The notes beneath the pieces were generated by a model that was not told the DNA's origin, did no database searches, and worked only from the letters and a program-made list of their open reading frames with translations. Shown here piece after piece: positions 1-12,500 of a DNA stretch of 64,000 nucleotides. Position 1 is the first letter of the stretch. Each line of letters begins with the position of its first letter. A program made the translations under genes and the position numbers. The stretch is from NCBI GenBank assembly GCA_032718475.1, contig JAUCBJ010008029.1, positions 17,690 to 81,689 of the forward strand. The letters run 5' to 3'. Origin of the DNA: Nemertoderma westbladi (Eukaryota; Animalia; Xenacoelomorpha).

Positions 1-423
1 ATTTATTTTATTAGAAATATTCAATAATTTGTATTGTAATCTTTAAAAATGTTCCAAAAGAATAAATTTGTTCTAGGAAACGCTTATTTTTTTTAAACAA
101 ATAGCTAACATATTCTAGAACAATAAATAAAAGTAGCAAAAACTAGATAGTGTAATAAATTTCGTAAGGGTATCGAAACAGTACCGGTTGCGGTTAGTGA
201 ATGTCCCTTACATGTTGTACTCGTAGACGTGTGTTGTATTATAGGGTAGTGCTTACAGTAAACAGGATACGATGGCGATGGTAAAGTCGTATAAGTCACA
301 TTCGATCGATCCCGAGTAGTACTCAAACTCCTATAGCTCGAACAGCTGATGCGTGTCGAACGGGATGGTTAATCGGGATGTTGGGTAGGCCCACCGAGCC
401 TGTAAATTATCATTATTCCCTTT

Positions 424-793
424 TACTGTTTAAACGGGATCAGACTTTCGGGATTTCCGGGATCGGGACCGGGATTAACACTCTCGGGATCCTGTTTTTT
501 GGGATCGGGGTTGCAATTTTGGATTAAGTTCCATTATATTAGAGTATGCTGCGGGTTTTGGGTAACACTCACTTTATTTTACACTTCTGAAATATTAGTA
601 AGATCAAGTTATATCAAAATTATCTTACAATTGATTACTGGATGATAAAAATTCGATATAATCCAAACATTTCCGTTCTGCTGGAACTATTTATCTGATA
701 TTCGACAAATTTACTGAATTTATACAAAAATTCGGGATTGGATTTTTCGCCGGGATCCCGGTTTTTCGGGATAGGAATCCCGTTTAAACACTA
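424..793. mobile_element. Small MITE-like element (hAT-like termini) in a TSC1 intron
   Basis: Terminal inverted repeat tactgtttaaacgggat (424-440) / atcccgtttaaacacta (777-793); many subterminal CGGGAT motifs at both ends; TSD not convincing. Confidence 0.55.
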
Positions 794-890
794 TCCCCAT
801 ATAATACATTTCTGAATTGATTAATTCGTAAATAAATTTAACCGGTATTTTAGTTAGTGCTTTAGCTCTGCTGATTAACTTTATTTCCAG

Positions 891-1073
891 TTTGACTTGT
901 ATTGGTGCGTTTCGAGGTGGCAACTACTCCTTGGCTCCAATCGATACGAATCCGTTACCGAATCCTGCTCCGATCAACCGCCCCAGTCGATCCGTACCCT
1001 CAACCCCCCGCAATAACAACCCCGATGCTGTTGTCTTCGATTACTCCACAAAGCCCCCGCAGCCACGAACTAG
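891..1073 (+). CDS. TSC1: Internal coding exon of TSC1/hamartin (LTCIGAFRGGNYSLAP...PPQPRT)
   Basis: Acceptor ttatttccag at 890 and donor gtaaag at 1074; open frame; phase 2 matches the next exon; assigned to TSC1 by splice continuity only. Confidence 0.7.
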
Positions 1074-1514
1074 GTAAAGCTGTTAGTTAGAATTCAAGTA
1101 GGTAAGGGAGATTATATATGGTATACAACTTCTTCCAAAAGTATATAATAAATATCTGTAATAAATTTTTCACCATATTTCACAGAATAATATAATACGT
1201 AAACGTAAAACCAACTTGTGAACCAATTGCAATACTTTTTGACAATCAAACTGCATAATCCGCATTGCTGCCACTCTATAAACTTTTTGATTGTTGTTAA
1301 ACTTTCATTTACATTTCTTCTCGCTCTTAAAGTTTTCAATTTTTAGATACGACCAACAACTATAACCTATAAAACATTCGTCTAATCTGCATAAAATAGG
1401 CAGCATAAAATGCACTAGGATCCTGCCACTGGATCTAATCCGGCCTCGACCATCTGTTTTTTTGCTTTGCTTTTTAATTTCTTGTTGGTCTATAATTATT
1501 ATTGTTATTCGCAG

Positions 1515-1746
1515 ACACAGCACCGCCCCCCAACGGCCGTCCTCCGCAATACGCGCCGTCGTCCACAGTGTCGGCGGTAGTTCGGGTCTATCCTCGTCGC
1601 AGAGCAGCGTAAAGGGAAGCGGTGACGTCATGGATGCGACGAGAATCCCAGCCAATCAGGATGCCGGACGCCAAGTGGTAGCCAATCAGCTGAAGGAAGT
1701 CGTAGAACTACTCAGTGAGAAGGGAAGTCCGGAATCTGAGAACCGA
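1515..1746 (+). CDS. TSC1: Internal coding exon of TSC1/hamartin (RHSTAPQRPSS...SPESENR)
   Basis: Acceptor ttattcgcag at 1514 and donor gttagt at 1747; phase-compatible with both neighbouring exons; GC-rich island in AT-rich introns. Confidence 0.75.
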
Positions 1747-2150
1747 GTTAGTATCTAAGCAACCCCACCAGTTGCACTAATTATTGTATCTAATTGTACT
1801 GTGATGAATTAATATTTACAATAATTCAATATTAACAATATTTGCTTTTACGTCTAATACAATAGGTAGGTATCCCGAAGGCCCACTTCTCTCTTGGCTG
1901 CTACCTATAACACCATATGCAGGAACCCGAAGGTCCAGTAATCTCTTGGCTATTACCTATAAGGGTCACTCATATCACCTATAAGGTGCGCCACTCAACT
2001 CCCAAGTTTGTACACTCTGTAATTCTCCAAACCTTTTCGTTACTTCCCCCAGTCGAACACAGTTTCCCATATCGCTTGGTCAATCGCTTCTCTGTTGGAC
2101 CATATTTTCACCCTCAACCAAAAAGTAACTCTCCAATAAGTTAGATTTAA

Positions 2151-2302
2151 CTCTAACTTTATGTGACTCTCTAACTTTATGTGACTCTCTAACTTTATGT
2201 GACTCTCTAACTTTATGTGACTCTCTAACTTTATGTGACTCTCTAACTTTATGTGACTCTCTAACTTAATGGAACTCTCTAACTTTATGTGACTCTCTAA
2301 CT
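2151..2302. repeat. Intronic 18-bp minisatellite (ctctaactttatgtgact), about 8 copies
   Basis: Direct tandem repeat just upstream of the last acceptor site. Confidence 0.95.
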
Positions 2303-2322
2303 CTGCTTTATTTTATTTGTAG

Positions 2323-4836
2323 GAAGATAAGGAAGTAGAAGAGCTGAACAGCAACACAAGCATGGATTATCATACCAGCAACCAGGATTACCCTAGCAAC
2401 GCATCTTACATCAGTACCCATAGTAACCAGACGTACCTAGACTCAATCCAAATTAACCAAGTTAACTTAGAGTCTCATAACAACAGCGATTTCCTTGGTG
2501 ATTCCCGTAGCAACCGTGTCTCGCCCCGGCACAGCAGCCCCCGAGTCCCGCCCACGCAGTCCCTTAGTCCGGCCCCGACCCGGTCTCCCGTATGCTTCAC
2601 TAAAACCGCCCCGCGGCTCCAAGCCATAAAGGAGTCGTGTAACCAACCCGCCCCGCCCCATTGTGAGTTGGTCGTCGAGGAAACTGTTACCAAGGGTACC
2701 GGGGACCACGTTGCCACGGATACCTGTGCCTCCGTCACTATGGATACCGACGACCCAGTTGCTACTCGCGACTCAGCAGTGCAGTGCAGCAGTGCGGCGT
2801 CCCCATTCCACGCGATGTTGTTACAGACCCTCCCGATCCCAGTAGAGTCGATAGACAGCGCCACCTTCCAGGAGGAGGATGAACTCACTAATTTATTCAA
2901 CGAGTCCTCCGCGGAATCCAGACGCCCCCCTGGCAACTCGTCTACCAATAGGAAGCCGTCGCCGTTGGAGACCCTTGATCGCTACCTCCGATTCGGAGAC
3001 GCGCCCGAGGATGAGATAACTGTCCCGTTGTCCAACGCCGCGGATCTCACGCACTTCGGTGGCACGCCGCCCCCCGACGAGGTATGCCTCCTCCGCACCC
3101 GCCTCCAACTCATGTACAACCAGCTGCTGTACGAGCGCAACCGGAGTCGCGAGTGCGCAGCCCACGCGCGGCTGTTGCATGCGCGCCGTCTGGGCTCCCG
3201 GCAGCGGGTCGCCCTCGAGGCGAACCGCACCGAGACGCGGATAGTCGCACAGCTCGAGAGCGAGGTCACCCGACTCGCCGTCGAGCTCGCTCGGCTCACA
3301 TCGGAAGTGAAGGGGGCGGGGAAACAACCGGAAGTTATGTCATCGTCAGAACCGAAAGTGTTACTGCCTATATCTGTACAGCCAGTAACATCGTATCAGA
3401 TAGACGCGCGACCGGAAGCTCTCTCAAGTATCCCGGCCTTGGATCTCATGGAAGCGAACGCACGATTGGAGAACCGAGTCAGCGAGTTGCAGACCGAACT
3501 ATCGGGGGTGGAACTAGAGTTGGGGGACACTCGCCGGCAGTGGGAGGAGTTGGAACATCGGCACTTCGAGGCGATGCGGGACAATGATCGTCTCGTAAAG
3601 GAAGCCGACCAGGTTAAGGAACTCAAGGAGCGCGTGGAGAAGCTGACGGCAAACTTGGGTTTAGTTTGCGAGGCTAACTCTCGTTATCGGGAGGCGTTGT
3701 CTAGGCCAGGGGAGGGGTTGCGGGACGCGGAACGGGAGCTGTTTGCGAGTTCCTGTCAGTGCGAGTTGGAAGCGATGCGACGCGGCTGTCAGGAAGCGGT
3801 GGCGCACGCCGAGCACTGGAAGGGGGCCGCCGCGCAGCTGGAGGAGGCCGGGAGGCTTCGGGAGGAGGCGGCCGAGGGGTTGCGAGCGAGGTTGCGGGAT
3901 GGGGAGGCGGTCTGGGAGGAGAAGAGGAGCGCCATGGAGCGTCGGTACGGGGCCGTGAAGAAAGTTAATCGGAGGCTTGAAAGGTTGGTCATGGAGTTGA
4001 GGGGAACTCTGTGGAACGGCGGGGCTAATGAGGTGGCGGAACGAGAGGGATGTAATTCCGTCCGGGATTGCGATGTGACCGACTTCGAAATGGAGTATTA
4101 TAGAGAGTCCGAAGCTTTCGGTCGAGAAAAGAAAAATATTGAGATGCTCCGGGCGGACGATTTCGTGGATGGAGTAGTGCCAGTGGTGGGAAAGGAAGGG
4201 TATTCGTACTGGGAATCACGTGATGTTGTCAACGAGTCGGATTCGAACCGGAAACGGAACGTACCTGAGTCGGAGTCGGTTCGGCACCGGAACGTACCTG
4301 AGTCGGAGTTGGTTCGGCTCCGGATCGTACCTGAGTCGGTTTGGACCCGGAACGTACCGGATTCGTTTCGGAACCGGATCATACCGGAGTCGGAACCGGA
4401 TCGAGCGAACCGCGCCGGTCGCAGTATCAGCGTGGAGTCGGACGGACCCCCGCTGCTACTCGGTGTCGGTTCGTCTCCGACCGGGGTCGGAACCTTCCAC
4501 AGCAGTTCCGAATCCGCGGCCACCAACGGAACCGCCACCGACGAAATTCCTCCCGTTCTCTCGGACAATAACCAATTAGCGCTGAGCTCTTCTCCCTTCT
4601 ATCGGTCTCTAGGACAACGTCGAGCCTCGATGCACTCTCTACCGTCGGCCTACCCCCCGGAATCTCAACTCGCGCCGTTGATTTTCACCAAGGTGCAGTC
4701 GAGGAGTTTAGATCGAAGGTCCTCCTTCGATATCGCAGCCTTCCAGAAACAACTGGAACCGCCGCAGCTGCCCACTTCAATGAAACCAATACGCCCAATA
4801 GGTTTGCAGTTACAGATACGCAGTGAAATGCTTTAA
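2323..4836 (+). CDS. TSC1: Large terminal exon of TSC1/hamartin (C-terminal coiled-coil region)
   Basis: SPLETLDRYL...DLTHFGGTPPPDEVCLLRTRLQLMYNQLLYER matches the hamartin signature (human SPMEVLDRLI...[32 protein letters not shown]); long coiled coil ending RRYGAVKKVNRRLERLVMEL; acceptor ttttatttgtag at 2322 is in frame with ORF 2362-4836. Confidence 0.92.
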   Translation, partial: EDKEVEELNSNTSMDYHTSNQDYPSNASYISTHSNQTYLDSIQINQVNLESHNNSDFLGDSRSNRVSPRHSSPRVPPTQSLSPAPTRSPVCFTKTAPRLQAIKESCNQPAPPHCELVVEETVTKGTGDHVATDTCASVTMDTDDPVATRDSAVQCSSAASPFHAMLLQTLPIPVESIDSATFQEEDELTNLFNESSAESRRPPGNSSTNRKPSPLETLDRYLRFGDAPEDEITVPLSNAADLTHFGGTPPPDEVCLLRTRLQLMYNQLLYERNRSRECAAHARLLHARRLGSRQRVALEANRTETRIVAQLESEVTRLAVELARLTSEVKGAGKQPEVMSSSEPKVLLPISVQPVTSYQIDARPEALSSIPALDLMEANARLENRVSELQTELSGVELELGDTRRQWEELEHRHFEAMRDNDRLVKEADQVKELKERVEKLTANLGLVCEANSRYREALSRPGEGLRDAERELFASSCQCELEAMRRGCQEAVAHAEHWKGAAAQLEEAGRLREEAAEGLRARLRDGEAVWEEKRSAMERRYGAVKKVNRRLERLVMELRGTLWNGGANEVAEREGCNSVRDCDVTDFEMEYYRESEAFGREKKNIEMLRADDFVDGVVPVVGKEGYSYWESRDVVNESDSNRKRNVPESESVRHRNVPESELVRLRIVPESVWTRNVPDSFRNRIIPESEPDRANRAGRSISVESDGPPLLLGVGSSPTGVGTFHSSSESAATNGTATDEIPPVLSDNNQLALSSSPFYRSLGQRRASMHSLPSAYPPESQLAPLIFTKVQSRSLDRRSSFDIAAFQKQLEPPQLPTSMKPIRPIGLQLQIRSEML

Positions 4837-4857
4837 AACCCACCGATTTGATGTGAA

Positions 4858-4863
4858 AATAAA
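4858..4863 (+). promoter_or_regulatory. Candidate polyadenylation signal for TSC1
   Basis: AATAAA about 20 nt after the stop codon, followed by GT/T-rich sequence. Confidence 0.5.
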
Positions 4864-5151
4864 TTGTGCCGCGTGTTTCATGTTTATTATTTTGTTAACG
4901 ATTATTTATTATGTACAACTTGTTCTACCCAATGCTTTGGTGTAATAATTGATTATGATGGATATTGAATACTCTTTTATCGCTGAATATTTGTTTAATA
5001 ATAAACAAGAAGATGACAAATTCATTTTTTTATTGGGGTTATTATTCGAGAGTGATGTTTTAGTTTTGGAATTAAATTTGCTCACAAATTTGAAGCAGAG
5101 CGGTTCCAACGAAATCCTACTAAATTTCGCAGCAATATTTTTATCCATACA

Positions 5152-8100
5152 TCCATACAGACACATGTAGATGCACCCCCAAGTAACTCCATACAGACAC
5201 AGTATATAGTACCCCAAGTAACTCCATACAGACACAGTAGATGTACCCCAGGTAACTCCATACAGACACAGTATATAGTTGTACCCCAGGCTAACTCCAT
5301 ACAGACCAGACACAGGAGATGTACCCCAGGTAACTCCATACAGACACAGGAGATGTACCCCAGGCTAACTCCATACAGACACAGGAGATGTACCCCAGGT
5401 AACTCCATACAGACACAGTATATAGTACCCCAAGTAACTCCATACAGACACAGGAGATGTACCCCAGGTAACTCCATACAGACACAGTATATAGTACCCC
5501 AAGTAACTCCATACAGACACAGGAGATGTAGCCCAGGTAACGCCATACAGACACAGGATATGTACCCCAGGCTAACTCCATACAGGCACAGGAGATATAC
5601 CCCAAGTAACTCCATATAGACACAGTAGATGTACCCCAGGCTAACTCCATACAGACATAGGAGATATACCCTAAGTAACTCCATACAGACACAGGAGATG
5701 TACCCCAGGTAACTGCATACAGACACAGGAGATGTACCCCAGGCTAACTCCATACAGACACAGTATAAGTACCCAAGGCTAACTCCATACAGACACAGGA
5801 GATGTAACCCAGGTAACTCCATACAGACACATTATATAGTACCCCAGGCTAACTCCATACAGACACAGTAGATGTACCCCAGGTAACTCCATACAGACAC
5901 AGTAGATGTACCCCAGGTAACTCCATACAGACACATGAGATGTACCCCAGGCTAACTCCATACAGACACAGGAGATATACCCCAAGTAACTCCATATAGA
6001 CACAGTAGATGTACCCCAGGCTAATTCCATACAGACACAGGAGATATACCCTAAGTAACTCCATACAGACACAGGAGATGTACCCCAGGTAACTGCATAC
6101 AGACACAGGAGATGTACCCCAGGCTAACTCCATACAGACACAGTATAAGTACCCAAGGCTAACTCCATACAGACACAGGAGATGTAACCCAGGTAACTCC
6201 ATACAGACACATTATATAGTACCCCAGGCTAACTCCATACAGACACAGTAGATGTACCCCAGGTAACTCCATACAGACACAGTAGATGTACCCCAGGTAA
6301 CTCCATACAGACACAGGAGATGTACCCCAGGCTAACTCCATACAGACACAGGAGATATACCCCAAGTAACTCCATATAGACACAGTAGATGTACCCCAGG
6401 CTAATTCCATACAGACACAGGAGATATACCCCAAGTAACTCCATATAGACACAGGAGATGTACCCCAGTTAATTCCATACAGACACAGTAGATGTACCCC
6501 AGGTAACTCCATACAGACACAGTAGATGTACCACAGGTAACTCCATACAGACACAGTAGATGTACCCCAGGCTAACTCCATACAGACACAGGATATGTAC
6601 CCCAAGTAACTCCATACAGACACAGGAGATGTACCCCAGGCTAACTCCATACAGACAGAGGAGATGTACCCCAGGTAACTCCATACAGACACAGTATATA
6701 GTACCCCAAGTAACTCCATACAGACACAGGAGATGTACCCCAGGTAACGCCATACAGACACAGGATATGTACCCCAGGCTAACTCCATACAGGCACAGGA
6801 GATATACCCCAAGTAACTCCATATAGACACAGTAGATGTACCCCAGGCTAACTCCATACAGACATAGGAGATATACCCTAAGTAACTCCATACAGACACA
6901 GGAGATGTACCCCAGGTAACTGCATACAGACACAGGAGATGTACCCCAGGCTAACTCCATACAGGCACAGTATAAGTACCCAAGGCTAACTCCATACAGA
7001 CACAGGAGATGTAACCCAGGTAACTCCATACAGACACATTATATAGTACCCCAGGCTAACTCCATACAGACACAGTAGATGTACCCCAGGTAACTCCATA
7101 CAGACACAGTAGATGTACCCCAGGTAACTCCATACAGACACAGGAGATGTACCCCAGGCTAACTCCATACAGACACAGGAGATATACCCCAAGTAACTCC
7201 ATATAGACACAGTAGATGTACCCCAGGCTAATTCCATACAGACACAGGAGATATACCCTAAGTAACTCCATACAGACACAGGAGATGTACCCCAGGTAAC
7301 TGCATACAGACACAGGAGATGTACCCCAGGCTAACTCCATACAGACACAGTATAAGTACCCAAGGCTAACTCCATACAGACACAGGAGATGTAACCCAGG
7401 TAACTCCATACAGACACATTATATAGTACCCCAGGCTAACTCCATACAGACACAGTAGATGTACCCCAGGTAACTCCATACAGACACAGTAGATGTACCC
7501 CAGGTAACTCCATACAGACACAGGAGATGTACCCCAGGCTAACTCCATACAGACACAGGAGATATACCCCAAGTAACTCCATATAGACACAGGAGATGTA
7601 CCCCAGGCTAACTCCATACAGACACAGGAGATGTACCCCAGGTAACTCCATACAGACACAGGAGATGTACCCCAGGTAACTCCATACAGACACAGCAGAT
7701 GTACCCCAGGTAACTCCATACAGACACAGGAGATGTACCCCAGGTAACTCCATACAGACACAGGAGATGTACCCCAGGTAACTCCATACAGATACAGGAG
7801 ATGTACCCCAGGTAACTCCATACAGACACAGGAGATGTACCCCAGGTAACTCCATACAGACACAGGAGATGTACCCCAGGCTAACTCCATACAGACACAG
7901 GAGATGTACCCCAAGTAACTCCATACAATCACAGTAGATGTACCCCAGGCTAACTCCATACAGACACAGGAGATGTACCCCAGGTAACTCCATACAGACA
8001 CAGGAGATGTACCCCAGGCTAACACCATACAGACACAAGAGATGTACCCCAGGTAACTCCATACAGACACAGGCGATGTACCCCAAGTAACTCCATACCG

Positions 8101-9407
8101 ACACAGGAGATGTACCCCAGGTAACTCCATACAGACACAGGAGATGTACCCCAGGCTAACTCCATACAGACACAGGAGATGTACCCCAAGTAACTCCATA
8201 CAATCACAGTAGATGTACCCCAGGCTAACTCCATACAGACACAGTAGATGTACCCCAAGTAACTCCATAGTCATAGGAGATGTACCCCAAGTAACTCCAT
8301 ACAGACACAGTAGATGTACCCCTGGTAACTCCATACAGTCATAGGAGATGTACCCCAGGTTAACTCAATAGGCCCTACAGACACAGTATATAGTAGTTAA
8401 CTCCATACAGACACAGTAGATGTACCCCAGGTAACTCCATACAGACACAGTATATAGTTGTACCCCAGGCTAACTCCATACAGACCAGACACAGGAGATG
8501 TACCCCAGGTAACTCCATACAGACACAGGAGATGTACCCCAGGCTAACTCCATACAGACACAGGAGATGTACCCCAGGTAACTCCATACAGACACAGTAT
8601 ATAGTACCCCAAGTAACTCCATACAGACACAGGAGATGTACCCCAGGTAACTCCATACAGACACAGTTTATAGTACCCCAAGTAACTCCATACAGACACA
8701 GTAGATGTACCCCAGGTAACTCCATACAGACACAGTATATAGTTGTACCCCAGGCTAACTCCATACAGACCAGACACAGGAGATGTACCCCAGGTAACTC
8801 CATACAGACACAGGAGATGTACCCCAGGCTAACTCCATATAGACACAGGAGATATACCCCAAGTAACTCCATATAGACACAGTAGATGTACCCCAGGCTA
8901 ACTCCATACAGACACAGGAAATATACCCCAAGTAACTCCATACAGACACAGGAGATGTACCCCAGGTAACTCCACACAGACACAGGAGATGTAACCCAGG
9001 TAACTCCATACAGACACATTCTATAGTGCCCCAGGCTAACTCCATACAGACACAGTAGATGTACTCCAGGTAACTCCATACAGACACAGTAGATGTACCC
9101 CAGGTAACTCCATACAGACACAGGAGATGTACCCCAGGCTAACTCCATACAGACACAGGAGATATACCCCAAGTAACTCCATATAGACACAGTAGATGTA
9201 CCCCAGGCTAATTCCATACAGACACAGGAGATATACCCTAAGTAACTCCATACAGACACAGGAGATGTACCCCAGGTAACTGCATACAGACACAGGAGAT
9301 GTACCCCAGGCTAACTCCATACAGACACAGTATAAGTACCCAAGGCTAACTCCATACAGACACAGGAGATGTAACCCAGGTAACTCCATACAGACACATT
9401 ATATAGT
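5152..9407. repeat. 34/35-bp satellite, left block (consensus taactccatacagacacaggagatgtaccccagg[c])
   Basis: Uninterrupted tandem monomers with recurring variant units. Confidence 0.98.
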
Positions 9408-9409
9408 GT

Positions 9410-9520
9410 CGTCGTGCAAAACCGGAAAATACTGGTAAGACTGTTCAGTTTGATAGTAAAACTAGGTCAGTGAAAGTCGACGATGTAGTTATTGACACTT
9501 TCAATCCGTCTTTTCTGTAG
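9410..9520 (+). CDS. C-terminal remnant of LINE ORF1 (RRAKPENTGKTVQFDSKTRSVKVDDVVIDTFNPSFL*)
   Basis: Open frame from the insertion junction to TAG at 9518-9520, overlapping the ORF2 start. Confidence 0.6.
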   Translation, partial: RRAKPENTGKTVQFDSKTRSVKVDDVVIDTFNPSFL

Positions 9521-12500
9521 TGCGCCACTTTAACTCTGTAATTAATATATTATCATGGAATGCTGGAAGTTTACGAGAGAAATATTTACTCCCTAATGTA
9601 TCCAATTTATTATTCATGTACGATATTGTTTTTATACAGGAAGTTAAGTCGATTTACCCTTTTACTGTAGCTGGATTTAATTTATTAAGAAGCGTTGACA
9701 GTAAGAACGGGCACTGCGGTGGGGTTGTAGTGCTTCTGAAACCTTGGCTAGTGCAGTATTTGTTTCGTGTTAACATGAGTCATAATATTATCACATTTTC
9801 TTTATCTATGTATCCCAGTATTATATTTTGTTGTGCCTATATACCTCCCTATAAATCTGAGTATTATGATTTTGCTGTTTGGGCGCACATTCAGTCCCTC
9901 GTTCTCCCAAAAGGGTCATTTAGATTGATTTTGTTAGGCGATGTAAATTCACGTTTGGGTGATTTAATATTTGAATTCCCTTTACTCTACCCCGAACTGT
10001 GTGTCCGTCAACCTGACGATGTTACTCAGAATGAGAATGGAAAGAGACTTTTTCGTCTTTGTTTAGATTGCTCATTGGTTAATCTAAGCTATTTAAATTT
10101 ACCCAATGGTATATGTCTTGATGGAGACTTAACGTTTAAGCGTGGATCTACTTTTATCTCTGAACTGGACAGAGCAGTGATCAGCATTGATCTGCTGCCT
10201 TGTGTCAGAAAGTTTCAAGTGTATCAAAATGTGTTGCCATCTGACCATGCTGCTATCGGCATTAGCCTGTGTTTACATTATGAATATCCAGTACAGTTGC
10301 TACTGAGAAATTCTCTATATCTCCAAAACTATGAACATTTCGGCCGGCAGCGCCTGACATTTTCGCCTGTAACCACCCGTAACCTAAATCTGACTCAGTT
10401 CTGTGACACTTTAAAAAATCTTGTCACTGAGCGCACGTTTGAGAATACTGACGCAATGTCACAGTACATTACATCTACACTGTATGATACTGCTAAGCAA
10501 ACCAAATATCATGCCAAGGCCCACCATAATAATACCCCTGTACATGTTCCTCATTCCACAGCAGCATTGTGGACAGCCTTATCTGAGTCCAATGATCCCA
10601 AGACCATGTGGAACCGTATTGGGTGGAAAGGAAGTATCGACTGCACTTCCACGGCTAGTGATAGGCCATCTGATGAAGCCTTTTCCCAGCACTTTGAGTC
10701 ACTCCTAAGTGATGGTTCTGATGTCCTCCCCTTACGCATTACTAGTAATAGACATGAAGGGTTAGACGCAAAAATATCTTTAGATGAGGTAAAAGAGGGA
10801 CTAGCCCATATGAAGAGCAATAAGGCTCCGGGTCCAGACGGTCTGTCTGCTTCCATTCTGAAATCGTTGCCTGTACAGTGGCTCCTGTTAATCGTGACAT
10901 TATTTAACTGGGTATTTGATAGTGCTGTCATGCCCACTAGCTGGGGGTTGAGTAGACTTGTTGCAGTTTTCAAGCGTGGAGCAATCGGCGTCTGTTCAAA
11001 CTACCGTGGAATCAGTATTATTAACTCTCTGACAAAACTTTTCGATACGATCATCACTAAGCGGCTGCAGAGTTGGCGGATGCCTAGCCCTGAGCAGGCT
11101 GGTGCCTGTAAGGGTAGAGGTTGTGAAGAACAAATTCTAACAATTAGACTCCTTATTGACTATGTTACTAACAAGAACCGCACTTTATTCCTTCTCTTCG
11201 TAGACTTTAAAACAGCCTATGACAAAGTTCCAAGAAACCTTCTATTCGAACAACTTCTGTCTATGGGATGCACTAACCGTATTGTAAATGCTATACATGG
11301 GTTGTACTCAAACGCACGGAGTTTAGTTGGGTCAAAAATTGTTCATTCAACGGTTGGTGTTTTGCAGGGGGCCCCTGGATCGTGTTACCTCTTCACAATG
11401 TTTATTGACCCATTAGTTAAGGTTCTGAAATCCCTTCCATGGGACGATTTCCTATGCTGGTTACATATTCTACTGTTAATGGATGATTCTATTATTTTAG
11501 CTACTACCCGAGAGAAATGCTTAGAAAAACTTTCAGTACTATTGCAATTCTGCAATGAATCAGGTATGGTCATTAACAGGTCCAAAACAAAATTTATGGC
11601 AATAGGAAATGTTACTGCCACTGACCGTCATCCCTTAATTGCCTATGGACTGGGCTATTCTGAAAATCCAATGATAGTCGACAACACTGATACCTACATT
11701 TACTTGGGTTCCCCTATAACTCAATGTGGGGGCGTTGATGCAGCAGTTTCCTTCCATATAGCAGAAAAGCAGAAACATATTTCTAAATTCCATGGTTTTC
11801 TTAGCAAGCATGCCAGCAGTCCATTGTGGTTGAAACTCAAAGTCTTTCATGCATGTTTGCTTTCAGCAACCATGTACAGTTGTGAAACATGGATTGGCGC
11901 CAACCTTTCATCTGCCTGCAGAACCTACAATGAAATGTTAACAGCCACACTTGGTGTACGTCCGCGCACCAGTCGAGATTTACTTTACATTGAATCAGGT
12001 CTCCCCCCTCCAGCTACCTATGTTTACCAACGCCAGTATGATTTTATATGTCGTATGCTTGAGGACAGAGACCTCCACAGCCCGTTATTTTTAGTGCTCG
12101 ATATGTGCTTACAAGAACAAACTCCAATGGCCAGGCAGATTGAGCGGCTGTTAGGAAAAGGTCCCGACTTTGCTGGTACCGCCAGGGCTGAGATTATGGA
12201 TAAGATCCGTCTCTCCACCTCCACCCGGATCACATTCTATAGAGATTGCAATCCAAGCCTCCATCTGCATGAAGTTTATTGCAAGCAGAGATATTTCAAC
12301 GAACATCACAGAATCGCCTGGACAAGACTACGCTTGACCTCTACGAGTCTACCAGTAGAAAAGGCTAGGTGGCGTGGTCAGGCTAAAGACACCCGTTTCT
12401 GCCAATGTGGAGATCTGCAGTCAGAATCCCATTATATCACGACTTGCCCATTAGTGCCCCGCCTTCCAGAACTCGATTACTCAAGTACCACAGCCTTTAT

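Noticed and set aside
2467-4579. Overlapping alternative-frame and antisense ORFs within TSC1
   Set aside because: Expected shadows of a GC-rich coding exon
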